NCBI GenBank assembly: GCA_037379345.1
Contig: CM074512.1
Span: forward strand, 63,075,597 to 63,139,596
DNA length: 64,000 nt
From: Perna viridis
Taxonomy: Eukaryota
Reading direction: 5' to 3'
Numbering within the stretch: the first letter of the stretch is position 1; each line of letters opens with the position of its first letter. Of the stretch, positions 36,001 to 51,000 are shown piece after piece. The notes beneath the pieces were generated by a model. It ran no database searches. It saw nothing but the letters and a program-made list of their open reading frames with translations, and was not told the origin of the DNA. Position numbers and translations under genes: made by a program.

Positions 36001-39000
36001 GAAAACGTCAAGTTCAGTAATAAAAGTAAATTATGTTTTTGTGTGAAATAACCACAAAAAAAGACAAAAATAAAATTCTACATGATTAAAGTTCTAGAAC
36101 AAGTAATAAATAGAATATTTTGCAATAATGCACACTTTCCAGATACCAGATGTAAACAATACAATGCAGATCGGTCTACGGACTTCAATATGTTCCAGGA
36201 AAGTGTGAAACTAGAATGAGACTCACAAACCCTTTTGCCAAAAAAATTGATGAAAGAAGTGCATTTTTGTTTTGTCTAAAAAAAAAGACAAGGAAGGACC
36301 TAAGAACAACAAATCAATTTATGTTTGCCTTACCAGTTTTGACAGCTAGGAGAGATGGCAATATTACATGAATTACCAGATCTTGTAGAGAAAAACAGTG
36401 TCTGGCTACCAGTATAGTGGTGAATACAGCCAGGTTGTTGTGAATTGACATGTCACTCACCTAAAAAAATGAAACATGGTAGTGTAATTTGATTCAACAA
36501 ATTGATAACAGTGTTGGATGTTTAAGAACTCTATGGTTGGAGCCCCCTATAGTTGGAAAATTTGTGAAATTTCATACATTGCTTGGACAAAATATACCAA
36601 ATTTCTAGGAAATCTCCCTTATCAAAATCTACAAATCTGATCCTGAATGAAGAATTAAGTCATGAGGTAATTACATGATCATTTGATGAAAATTTTATCT
36701 TCTGTGTCCCATTCTAACCCAGACACTTTTTAAACCCTCTATATATAAAGTTTTATTGTATTTTGAACCTTGATAAACAAAACAACTGTCTAACCCCAGC
36801 TAATTTTAAAGTCCATTTTAGACAGGATAACTGTAATAACACTGAATTAAATATATCATTTATCTCAACAGCAACTTTCTTCTTTAGTAACTGATTCTTT
36901 ATTTCATATGGTATTAAGTAGCAGTCTTTTTTAAACATCAGAGTTGATTCATGCATGTCAAACCCACCGATTAACTTTTATTTCTTATTCAGAATAAGTT
37001 CAGACCACATAACCACTCATAGTTTTTCATTTGAGTGTTGTGCTTTTGAGATAAAATTTATAGAGATTGCACATGAAATTAGCACTTTGCAAGAGATATC
37101 ACTCTTGATTTGGCTTGATTTGGTTGACTATAGTGGGAAATAACTGTACGATTTTCTCAAAAGTACAGATCTGAATGTGGAAAGAACAACCATTATGTAA
37201 AAATACAGCATATGAAGACTGAAAAATCATTGTTTGTTTGGTGGGTTTTTCTTCACCATGAATCACTATTATATGGACGGTGTATGAATTTTATATGGAC
37301 TGGTACTTAACAGATCTACAGATTAATAAAGCCAAAGCCATGATTGGACAAGCAACATAAAGACTTTATAACAACTAACCAATCACAACTTAGGATTTAC
37401 TTACCTCACACTGTGTCAACAGATCTATAAATCCACAGCTATGATTGGACAGACAACAAAGAGACTGTAGAACTCCTAACCAATCAGAACTTAGAGCATT
37501 ATATCGAGCAGTCAGTTCAGCACACAAGATAGATATCTCATTCAGTCTGAAATAATCATTATAAAAACTGAAATTAATCAACAGGTTTATAAATCAACAA
37601 CTAGTTTGATACAAGTCTTAAAAGTTAACAATAATAAAGTTTGGAAAATATATTTTGCAAGTGGAAAGGAAAGGATCGATAAAAAACAGTTTTGCGGAAA
37701 GGCTCATCAAAAGAAAAATTTACATATAAGTTCAGCTTGTTAAAAAGAATATTTCTCTGACTTAATTCTGACAAAAACAGTAAATATCAATGACAAGGCC
37801 ATCCTACATAATTGATGAGGGAAGTGCTGGATATACATTTTACATGGATAAAGGGCTACTGATAAGCACATGACTGTCATGTGACTTACCTTTCTATGGA
37901 TGTAGAGTTACAAACATGGATGACAGCATTACAAACAAAGCTGTATCTATTGGCAGGTGTATCTGTCAGCTGTTTTATAACTGTAGATTCATGTTGGTGA
38001 TGGGCTCTGTCAGAACATAATTAGATATAAAAATAATCATCCAGAATAAAAAGTTGATTTAAGAAAATATATCAATACAGCATTTTCTTGTTCATACCTA
38101 TGATTTCAAAGCTCCCATAAAATTTCATTCCAACCCATTGAATGGTAAAGGATGAGTTGCACTTCGGCTAAAAAAAAATATGCTAGGTTCTCAGGCCCCA
38201 ACGCATCCCTAAAACCCCTCCAGCATCTGGTTTTATTGCAGTGAAATCCGAAAATTTTAATATTTGGACCAAAATCGACTTTAAATCAGTTAACAGAATT
38301 GTCTGCGCCAATGAGGCTGTTATTTAACATTGATTATTAAAAAAGGAAGTTTGTCTCATGACATAGAGATGGCTCTTATTTCTTGCCACATCTCATAATT
38401 CAAATAAAGTATTAAAGCCATGGTGTATTTTATTTAACTTCTCAACATCCTGTACATTTACAGAATTCTTCACTTCGATGAAATTTTTTGAAAAAAAAGA
38501 AAAAACTTCCTTCTAATCAAAAGAAAAAACCTCCCTCCCTAAGCAATTTTTTTTAAAAAAGTGGCCTGAGAGCATAGGCATTTTTTTGTATGGCCTTAGG
38601 TTTCATTATGTAAAACTTTCATGTTGGATTATATCTTTTGCAGGCTATGGACAATAATTATCTTCTTTCTTGCACATCTACATATAATGCCTTAGTTTGA
38701 GATTATTAATACACAGACTTACTTTGTGTTATTGATGTAATCAATCATGAATGAAGGGTCCCATACAGCATTAGATGCAAGAGGTGTTGTGGTAGCATAC
38801 AATGTCATCTTCATTTTACGGTAAGCATTGCTAAACATCTCAGAAAACTTTTCCTGTAAAGATAGTTTAGATAAAAGAATGAAACTATTTTAACATCTAC
38901 CTATAGATGACAATTAAATCCTAAATTTTTTCCTTGAAAAGTATTGTGAGTACAAGACAAAGAAATCTCAGACACCCTCAAGTAAGATTTCAAGTTCTCT

Positions 39001-42000
39001 AAATAGGCCACACTGAGTTTAAGGACAGTTGAAATTTTACCTAATGGTGTCTGTCATTTCCTGGTGTTGCATTTTCTTCAACTTTGATTTCTTTCTCAGT
39101 TTTAAAATAATTTTCTGATAAGTATTCCCTGCTTGCTGCTATTTCTTTGCAAGATATCATGAAATATTTTATCCTGATATCTCAAACATCACAAGTTTAA
39201 TCTTAACTGTATGTGTGATAGGAAAATTTCCCATTACTAGAAATAAGAGTATCCTTGTCTCAAAGTATGAAATCAGATTTGATCACATGTAGAATGCAGC
39301 AAAATGATTGGTTGAAAAAAGTTTCTTGCACAAATGGAAGAAATATTAGAAATTTGGTAGTGATGAATGTAAGAACCTATACCACTATATCAAACAGCTT
39401 ATAGTCACTAATTTATGGGCAAATAAGTGTAAAAAAAGCTTTCAATACCCAAACTTACCACAAGATAGCAACATGATGTATAAGCATCATACAGGTAGGC
39501 AAGAATACATCTCTCTGATGATGAACAGTCCGCAGGGTTACAGACATGCTTAACTACACCAATCAGCCTGAAATAAATGTTAATACTCTATAGATGTAAA
39601 TAAGTCAGGGAAGGCTGAACTGCATCCCTCTGATTAGGAACACTCAACTATAATACCAAAGTGATTTTTTAATGGGAATATTTGATGAGTAGGATGTTTA
39701 TATCACATAAACCAGAATTTACTGTTATTTAGCAAATAATCTCTGATCAAATCATTTAATTACATGTAACTTGACTTGTAAACTGATTTCATGCAAGAAT
39801 TATGTAACCACAAAAACTGTTTTTGAACATGATTAACTTTCACAACTTTACTGCTACTGTACATGTGTATCTAAGTACTAAAACTAACATGACGGTTGAA
39901 ATGTTTTTTCCTAAAATCCTTTATTTAAAGAATTTACACACACTACACATGTAAGTTGCTAGTAACAACTTTCTGATTGTCTCAATCACTTACCCTTCAA
40001 AAGCCTGTATGGTAAGATCATTAGAGACCAGAAGATAAGCATGATACTTTCTAAACACACCAACAATACACAAACACAATGATGTAGTGTAAGTCCCACG
40101 TAGGTTGGATTTAAGCTCCATCAGTTTGTCATCAGCGTTACTCAGATCTTTTAACAACTACAAATCAAAAGAGATTATAAAGTACATGATTATTCAAATC
40201 TCATCACCAGATATGGTGAAAGTACTAATGTTTGTGGGGTACCAATTTTCATGGTTTTCATGGGTAGGCCAAACCACAAAATTTGGTTCCCGATGAAAAG
40301 GAGAATCCCATTCATGTGTATACCGAGAACCTCAAAACCATGAATTCAAGAATCCATGCACTTGTGTTTCTTCCCTAATCCATGAAAATTGGTATTCACG
40401 AATTAAAGTACTTTCACAGTACTATAAACATGTAGATTTGCATAGAATTTCTCATGAATAAATGAATATGTATCCAAGATGTTTTTACCACACAATTCGG
40501 AATTACAAAGTAGCATGAACACAGCATTGAATTTAAGGGGAAATACCTGAAATTCAATTTTGCTAGTAGAAACTATTTCCACTTGCAAAAATTTGCTAGT
40601 GGAATTCTGTATGTAATATAGGTCATGTCCAGAAATGGCCCAAAAAATTTAAATTAAACGAGTGTAAAATTTCAGTTTATGCTACATTTAGCTAGTGGAA
40701 AAAATTCTGAAATTCAATCCCTGTTTATAAAAAAAAAAAAATGATGTGTAACAAGCCTACTGATTAGTTTGTTCTCTTTAATCAAACCGAAGTATTATGT
40801 ATAACCTGATTTGGTAAGGTGACGTCATTAACATCAGTCTGCACTCCATGATTCAAATAATCTCAAACAAAATATCATTTTGATTATGAACCTAATCTTA
40901 TTATTTGGATTTGAATCCATATGGAATTATTTACATTATAAGAAATTTTTAAAATAAATTTTAACAGGTCATAGGAAATAACCTGGATTAGGCCAGATTA
41001 CACTTTTTATAAACCGCTAGTGTAAACTGCCGCAAACCAGGTTATTTTGTATCACCAATTAAAAATTAGAAAACATTGTTTATAGTAAGTATAACATCAT
41101 ATATATGAAACCAATATTAATTTTTTTATCTAAGTGTATAAAAAAAATTTAACAAGTCTGCAAACTTTGTTTGTGAGCCTTGATAAATAAACTAACCTGA
41201 ACAGAGAATTCAAGTAAACCATAAATATTACATGAGTATTCCATCAAATCAAACAGGAAAGAAATATTCTCCACTAAGGGGAGATAATCAGAGTTCTCAT
41301 TAATAAAAGCACTGATCTGTTCAAGAACTGCAGATACACATGACTGCGTCACAACATGTTGATCAAAGTATGATAGTTTTTGAAACTTGTTAAAAATTCC
41401 TTCAAATACACTTTCAAAACTTCCAGCTGACTGAACTGAGCTGGCATCACCCAACTCTTTCTCCTTTTTCTTTTTATTTTTTCCTAAGTCACCACTAGAA
41501 ACATCGATGCAGTTCTTTTTGCCAAATAATCGTAGTGTCTCTTTGGTCACTTTTTTGTTAATATGCCTAGCCTCTTCCCTGGCTTTACCCACTCCATACA
41601 ACACTGTAATTCTCTGGTTACATTCATGTGAGGACATTTCATCTTGGGGAATAGGGAAGTGTTGTGCGTATAACATGTGACGAGATGGACCTTTGGGTTG
41701 CTGAACTTGCTCTGCAGCAGACACATTCATAGAAGTGTCCTTCTCAGATTTCACAGATTTTACAGAAGCTGAAAAAAAAAATTATTTTAACAAGATTAAT
41801 GCTTTTTCCATTCAAATTTAATCATTTTAATGTACATGTACAAATATTTTCTTCCAATTAAATACATGTAATATGACATGACCTTTACAAACCCCTGCCC
41901 CTCCAAAAAATACCAATAACAAAACCTACCAGGTTGTTCAGGGCTAGTTTTCTGTTCATCTTTTACAACAGGACCAAACAAACTTCCAAAATCTGTGTCC

Positions 42001-45000
42001 ATATTAATGTCAAAATCTATCTTTATGTCTTCTTGTGGCTGAAAAAGTTATAATTTATGAAGTAGCAGTCTTTATGAAAATCAGACAGAAGGTGATTCAT
42101 ACATGTCAAAAACCCATCCAATTCAGTTTTATTTCATGTTCAGAAACAGTTACTGATCACATAACCTGTCTTAGTTTTTAATTTGGTTGTTGCGCTTTTG
42201 AGATAAAATTTATATAGATTGTACAAGAAATAAGCATTTTGCAAGAGTTATCATTCTTGATTTGGTTTGATTTGGTTGATTTTAGTGGGAGATAAATGTA
42301 TGATTTTCTCAAAAGTACAGATCTGAATGCAGAAATAATTATCGTTATGTGAAAGTATAGCACATGTAGACTGAAAAAGCATCATTTGTTTGGTGAGTTT
42401 TTTTACACCATGAATCACTTAACCATTGGTAGTGTCTGAATTTTATGTGGACTGGTACTTAAGTCAAGGAAATTTTTACAATTTGAATTTAATTTAAGAG
42501 GTAAACACTAAAGCATACATGTAACGAATTTACTTATCACATCATACATGTAACAAATTGACTCATCACATCATAGATATAACAAATTGACTCATCACAT
42601 CATAGATGTAACAAATTGACTCATCACATCATAGATATAACAAATTGATTCATCACATCATAGATGTAACAAATTGACTCATCACATCATAGATATAACA
42701 AATTGACTCATCACATCATCCATGTAACAAATTGACTCATCACATCATCCATGTAACAAATTGACTCATCACATCATACATGTAACAAACTGACTTATCA
42801 CATCATCCATGTAACAAATTGACTCATCACATCATCCATGTAACAAATTGACTCATCACATCATAGATGTAACAAATTGACTCATCACATCATCCATGTA
42901 ACAAATTGATCTATCACATCATACATGTAACACACTGACTTATCACACAATCATGTCAAACATCCTTCAGAGTTGATTTTACAAGGTTAACAAACAAGGA
43001 GTAAGTATACAGTACAAAACTGACGGTAAAATCTGAATTTGAAAAGAAAATTAAGTCTAATCCTTAACACATAATTATGTTTCAAAAGTGGTCTGAATGA
43101 AACTGTTTCATATTCCTATTCAAAGTATACTAACTCCATGTATGATGAGATTTGTTTTATCTTCAACAGCAGACCAGATTAAAAGGGACTGAAGATGAAT
43201 TTTAAGTTAATAAAATCTGAGTAAATACCTCATTCCTAATGCTCTCATTCTGACTCTTGACGCTGGAGAGGTCAATACTATCAGCCATTGAAGAGATGAT
43301 GTCAGGAGAAGAGGACAAATCTCCTCTGGATATCAAAGTACACATGTATGCATCATGGGAGAAAACATCATGGCGAATCAGTTCACAGAATAACATGATC
43401 AGGTTGGCAAAACCTTGCTTGTTTTCATCTGTTGGATTTTCATCTGAAGTTTTTAATCAAGAAATGTCATTACATAAACAGGTGTAATTAAAAATATTTT
43501 GACTTCATTCTAACTTAAAATTTTACAAAATGTATCTTTCAGAAAATTGATTTTGATCTCAATAAACATTACACCTGACATTTGAGAGGACAGAATTTGA
43601 CAAGCTGTTCACAATAAAATAAAAACAAATAATATGAATATAGATATTTCAACAAAATATATTTCCAATTAATCTGAGAGAGCAACAATTAAAAAATTCC
43701 CATTTGATAACTTTTTTTTTTAATAATGAAAGTAAGAAGAATACAATTATAGTGATTATTAAAACTGTATAAGTTTTACCAAAACAAATAAACACAACAT
43801 CTTGCAGTGTAAGGAAGTACAATTCAATTTCAAACTTTAAAATACCATTTGATTTGAGTTACCTAAACAACAAGCCCTCTCATCTAAGAACTGGAAGAGA
43901 ATATTCTGGAACACAGGAGTTTCTGTAGAGACCAGGGTATCAGAGGCTACAGACTCTTTGTCAGTCATCATATCAGATTCTCCATATTTCTGCAAACATT
44001 TAACCATACAATAGATCCTAGGTAACTCAAACTCAGAAGGACAATAAAAAATCAGTGCGGGAAATGCACAGCTTTCAAGTTATTGATGGCAAATAATATG
44101 GACTTATAAAGTGGTTTGCCAAACTGGTAGTATTCCAGCCATTTGGGCTCCAGAAATTGATTGTACATGTAAGCCACTGAGATACCAAAATCCATGTTAT
44201 AGTGAAAGATTATACCTACTCTCATACTACTGACTTGGGAAAAGCTGGCCAAGTCATTGTAAACAGGTACAATATCAAAACATTTTACCTTAATTTGATG
44301 TTTTTTCAATCTGGTCCTTACAACTAGTCCAACCAAAGTTTGTGAATTTGGACTAAAATCCTAAAGAATGATCAAGTTAGCTTACTAACATAACTGGTTT
44401 TTATGGTTTAGTAAATGATAGACCTACATGTACATGTGCTGTAAATCAATGTACTATTGCAGATACTTATTGTCACAATTTAGGATGTCAAGCCAATTAT
44501 GAAGCTATTTGATTTCCTACATGTACAAAAGCCTCAACTTAGCAGAGCCTATGTCTTGTTACAATGTACATGTATATACATGTAGTATGGTAAGTCAGAT
44601 TATACTCCACGAATTCAACCCCTTAACATAATGTATTTTACCTCTGTCCTAAGTTCATTCTGTAATTTCTCTATAAGTTTGGCCACTACAACAGCTCTGT
44701 AGTTACCACTTCTCTGTGTACTTACTGCCCAATCTATCAACAAGTTAATTATTGGCTCTAAACTCAGGAAAGACTAAAAAACAAAATATGTATATACATT
44801 GTAGTACATGTATGTATGGTAAAAGTAATAACGTGTGAATGTTAATGTACATGCAATAAAATTTCCTAACCAAGTTTAATAAGTTAAATTTTCTATATAA
44901 AATTCTTAATATAACTTTCCTAAATTAAAAGTTCTACGGTTGTTTCCATGAAACATGTACACTGTTTATGACATGTTTATTTCTCACTAATTTTCTTGCT

Positions 45001-48000
45001 AGTAATGTCTGTTTTAAATCACTATGACATTGAAACTATAAAAATTGAAACAATATTTATTAACATGTAAGTCAAGAATCTCTTTTTCTGATTTCAAAAT
45101 TCTGATATTTAGGCCTCACTTATACTGCTACAAATTACTGTACGGTTTTATAACAACAAGATGTGGTATGCTATGTCATACTATGAATACCCTAATTAAA
45201 CTATTTCATTTATATGAAATGGAAGACATGGTATGAGTCATCAAAAAAAGAATGTATACCAAATATCTAAGCATTCCATCCAATAGAACCTGAGAAAAAT
45301 TTATTATAAGAAAGTGTAACAGACAGACAGATGGAAAAAGGGCTGTTCCAGGAGAAATGTACAGGGAGGTTAGGCAGCACATTTTAAAAGTTGTATTGGT
45401 GGGGGCATTTCAAAGCATACACAGTCATACATTGTTATGAAAACTTTATATTGATTCTACGGGTAGTGGGGTGTTATATCATTTGCCGTCAAACCCTTCC
45501 ATACAGGCTCTCTTAGAATAACCCTAAGGTGATTGCAATATAGCCCCCACTCTAATGAGTGCGGCTATAACTTGTCAACACTTGTGAATGATTATTTAAA
45601 ATAAAATTACATTCAAAGACTGGACATTTCTTAATGTACAATGTACATGTACCATACCTCATTCCCATCTTTGTGTAGATTGGCTGCAAATATTTTATCA
45701 TAGAGAGTATCTAAGGAACTATCAGTTTCCACTTTGTGGAAGTTATGTCTGTCTAAGGTATCCAGGACTTCTAGTACTTTAGATATTGTGTGCCCTGCAG
45801 AAAAGTGAAGCATAAAAAAGTAAAGAATTGCATTAGAATGAAGATTAATATTGCTCACATGAAATTACTATAGAAAATTGAGTAAATACTTTTATGTCTA
45901 TACATAACATGACTGGGAAAATTGACCTAAGCGAAAATAATTCAATTTATACATAATTCTACCACAGCAAATTTCAAAGGAAATGGGGAATTCAAAATGT
46001 TATTCACTAATAAGACCTTCACTAATTAGTCTTTAAAGTATAAATAATGCTGACTTTGAAAAAAAATAAACTTCCTGAAATACTAATGCTCTGCTCGGTA
46101 CTTTGTCATAAAGTTTTCTGTCAATTTGTTAAATTTATCATTCTGTTTTTTTTTTTCTCACTAAATGCATGTTTAACTTGAATAAAAAAGAAAAGCATGT
46201 ATTAAAACTTGAAGTGTGATTGACAACAATATGGTAACAGATGTACAGACCAATATCTACATGTAAAATGCCCTAAGCATTAATGGCGGGGCAAAAAAAA
46301 ATAGCAAAATCTATAAACTTTTAAAATGAAAAACAAATGCAAAAAATTAAAATCATTTTTCCTTGATTCTCAGTGGAAGTTAAAGAAAATGCAATAAATT
46401 TATTCAATTTTTTATCTTGCAGCATTGTCAAACTTTTGCATCACACTAAATTTTAAAAAAGAAAGTGTACAATAGTTTGAGAATCAAGGTTCTATTCTTT
46501 AATTGTAAAAATAGAAAGATAAACTCTGTCAATGTGTCATACCTGTAATATATCCTGAAATAAATTAACTTACATGTACATGTATCATACAATAAACATA
46601 GAAAATACTTTTTCCCCATCACAAAATAACATGGACAATTTACAGACATGAATTTAAGCAGCTGAAAAAATGAAAATCTGCAGTGGGAAGAAAGTACACT
46701 GTAAAAACAAGCATTGTAGTGGTAAATCCTGAATGAATAAAGTGGATTTCTGTTTTTGATGGGAAAAAGTCATGTCAGTATCTTTGTGTAATTTGGGAGT
46801 TAATGAAAGGAAATTTTCTATGTTTTCTTTGATTTATCAGGAATACTAGCATGACTGGTAGTTTTGTTGTTCATTTACTGATTGAAAACTAATTATTGCT
46901 TGCCATTTTAATGTTCCTTTATCGAGTTTAAGAATGCCAAAAACTTTTCATAACCTAAGGTCTTGTAAACCGCAAAATGAACAGCACTTTCAGTTATTAA
47001 CAGAGATTGTTACACTATTAAAGCCATTTAATTGTTTTCCAGCATACCCCTTGTTGATTGTTGACATTTATCTGATGACCATTTCATTTCTGCTGACCTC
47101 CCTCTTGCCCTGATCTGGTTTTCTGCTGTCTTCAACTGGGCCCTGATCTGTGCCCTCTGAGGATTTTCAGGCATGGGCAATACAGATGGTGGGCAAGGTA
47201 ACATGTCGAGGGGTGATGCACACATGAAGTGAGAGCTACGTCCCTCACCGAGGTTGTTCCAGACTAGAGCAGTTGGGCATTCAAGTGTGATACACTGTAT
47301 AACAGCACTGAGACTAAGAATTATGGCTCTGTGTTGAGGACAGTTACTGTACTGTTGAAACACGGCACCCAAAGGGTTCTGTTGGGCTAACATCTGATTA
47401 CTGTTTGCCGATGTCATTCTGAAAATTAGGTACATGTATCCTAATAAAAATCAATTATTACATTTAATAAAATGTCAGTTGTTTCATTACTTATGCTCAA
47501 CCTCAATTCTCATTGAACTACCTATTAAAAAAACTGAACAAATATGCATAATATTAATATTTACTTCTAAAGATCAATATATATATTTTTTTTACATTTT
47601 TTACTAGTGCAACTAAAACATGTAATCTTAGTAGATGCCAATTCTCATTGGTCTTATACTTTCATTTAATTTCTTTTGAACTGCAACTAATTTTTTTATT
47701 TCAATGTTAATTATAGTTTTCTAAATATATTGTGTATTACAGCTAGTTGAAATAGACCAGTTCCAATTTTAATACAAATCTAGCTAGACTAGTAAGTAAT
47801 TTAAATAACTGTCTAAGTAAAAATCTGCCCCATATTACACCTATATATATATATGTGTCCTACTTAAAAACCACAAAACACCTGTGTGGTCTTTGACATT
47901 GTCTTTTAAGTTTGAATAACTGTCAATTATGATGACCTTGAACCTTTAAATTTGCCATCCATCATCATAATTGACAGCTATTCAAACTTAAAAGACAGCT

Positions 48001-51000
48001 TCAAAAGATCACACAAGTGTCCCGTGGCCGATTTCTACCTAGAGAGCTATATTAATCAGTAATTAGCCAAGCTAGATTTGTATTGATATTAGAACTGTTC
48101 AATTTCAATTAGCTGTAAGCACAGCTTAGTTCATGGACATATTTTGTTAAATCTATATCACATGTAATACTCCTAATTTTAATAGGCTTTCAATAAATGG
48201 ATAACCTACCCCTGACCATTACTGGCTAACATGGGAGATTCTGTTCTTGGGACAGAGAACTCAGACTCACTGCACAGTATAGCAATCTTCTTACAGGAAT
48301 AATGAGCCAACTTTCTAGACAGAAATACTGACATTGTAATCTCATCCAGATACTAAAAATAGAAAACAGAAAAAAGTTATACTTACTAATGTAGAAGTAA
48401 ACCAAACTAACTGATATGTTTTTTTTTCTATTTGTAAATGACAACCTGCATTATAATATTTTTTTACTACATAACCACACTTGAACATAGTATTTTCACA
48501 TTTTCAAATACTGTAAACCGTGAAATTTGTGTGGCAGTTTAATTTCTCTATATTCGCGCAAAGATCCGTAATGCGAAAATCAAACTGTGCGCAAATATTT
48601 GTTTGAAGCACATTATAATGCAATATGATGAATGATCATGAATTAAAAACTGCCTGACAGCAGATTGATAGCAGAAACAGGGAAAAAATGATGGCACAAA
48701 ATGTCCTGGCTTACAGTAGAAATGACCAATATTACAATAGTTATGGAGTCAAATAAAAAAAAATAAAAAATGGAACAGAACCAAAAAAATCCAGAAAAAG
48801 AAAAATATTCAAAGAGTTAGCCAAATCGTAAGGAATTTGACAAAAAGCGTAAGACATAAGGAGGCCTTAAAACTTGTGAGCCTTATGCCAATATTGTAAG
48901 GATAAGCAACTTTGACAGACAGATCATTGCTATACTATACCTCTAAAATCTGTGTAAGGAGCATCTTAATGACAGCATCATCTGGTTGTTTTAACTTATC
49001 TAGACTATCAATCAACCATGTGAGGAACTCATGTCTATCTAATAAACCCTCCTGTAAATTGTCAATAATTCATGATTTAAAAATAAATCTCATTTTATTT
49101 CACAAGGAATAAGTGCAAATATATATGTAAGTCAGCTGACACCAAGAAATGGAAAATGACCAACTTCCATAGCACAAAATATCACAAGCAAGAAGTTTCC
49201 ATTTGGCTTATAAGTAGCACTCAACAGCAAGCTTTATTCTAAATTACTGGATAATTACTTTCCTAAGCAGTTACATGTATATTGGTCTTTCTCACACAAT
49301 TATTGTTACATTAGGCAATTTTCTCAGATATTAATCAAATTTGTCTTATTATTGATGAAACAATATATATATAACTACATTCTATCTAAACAATTCATAT
49401 TTACATCACATAAATGCCTGGCAAGTTTACATCCAAACTGCCACTGCTTCTGAGCCAGTTCTTGGTCCATTTTATAGGCTGGCTGTACAGACTGGACGGT
49501 CAGGAAACCAGAGGTTGGGCCTCCAGGGGCACTATGATGGGGCTCGTTTATCTTCTGAATCTGGTCACTTAGAAACTTCATCATAGAGTGGGACCATTCT
49601 AAAAAAAAAATATATATATATATATTCATATATAAATACATATATTAAATTGTTCACATGACTTCTCATAATCTAAAAAATGCATTTTTTCTGTCCAATA
49701 ACAAAAATATTTTGCATATACATGTACATGTACTGTGAAAGTACTTTGATTTGTGAATACCAATTTTCATGGATTATGGAAGAAACACAAATTCATGGAT
49801 TCTTTCATTAGTGGTTTTGAGATTTTCAGTATACACACCAATGAAAATTTCCTTTTTGTTGGGAACCAAATTTCATGGTTTAGCCTATCCATAAAAACCA
49901 TGAAAACTGGTACCCCAAGAACAATAGTACTTTCACAGTATTGTAAATACATGAACAAAGAAGGGATGCATGTGTTTTCAATAAGTCTGATTTCTTTATT
50001 CCAGTCCAGCTTAGCAATAAGAGATTATAAACGTATTGCTGAGCTGGACTGGAATAAAGAAAATAGCTCTATTCATTCAAACGTTTTAATTAACTGTGAT
50101 ACTAGTTCTAATATTGTTTTGTTCTATTATGAGATTGAGAGTAATAAATATTAAATGTTAGTAAATGTATTCTTGAATTTGTTTTTACTTAAGGGAAAAG
50201 CTCCAATTGAAAATGAACTTTCGGGTAATTAATGACTCTTCCCCAAACTTATCAGATCCATTCTCTAGTTCAAGTTCTATATTAGCAATAGGAGATAGTG
50301 GGAGCATCATTAATAACTTTCATTCAATAAAATCTTACCAGCCCCACTTGACAGAAAATAGGTCAGGCAGAAATGGCTGATTTTCGTTAATCAGGAAGAT
50401 GTGCGATAGGCCTGATGCTAGATAATAAAAATCAAGAGGCTGCAAATAGTATTTTACCCAGAAAAATGTTAAGAAAACAATTTCCTTGCCTTCTTGCATC
50501 TACCTGCCAGACCAACATTCACCATACTATAACCCAATTTTCACATGTGAAATTCAGCCAAAAAAGGATATCCTAGAGCAATGAATTCATTTTAATAGTG
50601 TCAACAACTTAACCTTACTTCGACCTTGGATTTATTTCAAGTATTAAGTGTCAGTCCCTGTAAGAATCAGGCAGTAGGTGAAACATGGTATGAAAAAACA
50701 CATCATTTTGAAAGTGTAATTTGACTATTTGCACCATCAGAATCAAGGAAAACAGAAAAGATGTTCCATATCATGCTGGACCATCAAGTTACAATTTCAT
50801 TGAAATTGAAATGTACAGAAAATGAACATTTCAAGATAAGTCTGTCAAAAATCTCATTTTCTAAGATTCTATTGAAAATTTCTGAGAAAATCCAATGATG
50901 TAGAGATAATGATGTAGAAATAATTGTCTTTTCCCATTTTGCATGATTCTTACAAATACTGACACTTAAGTGTTTCTCTTACCAACTGACTGATCTACAG

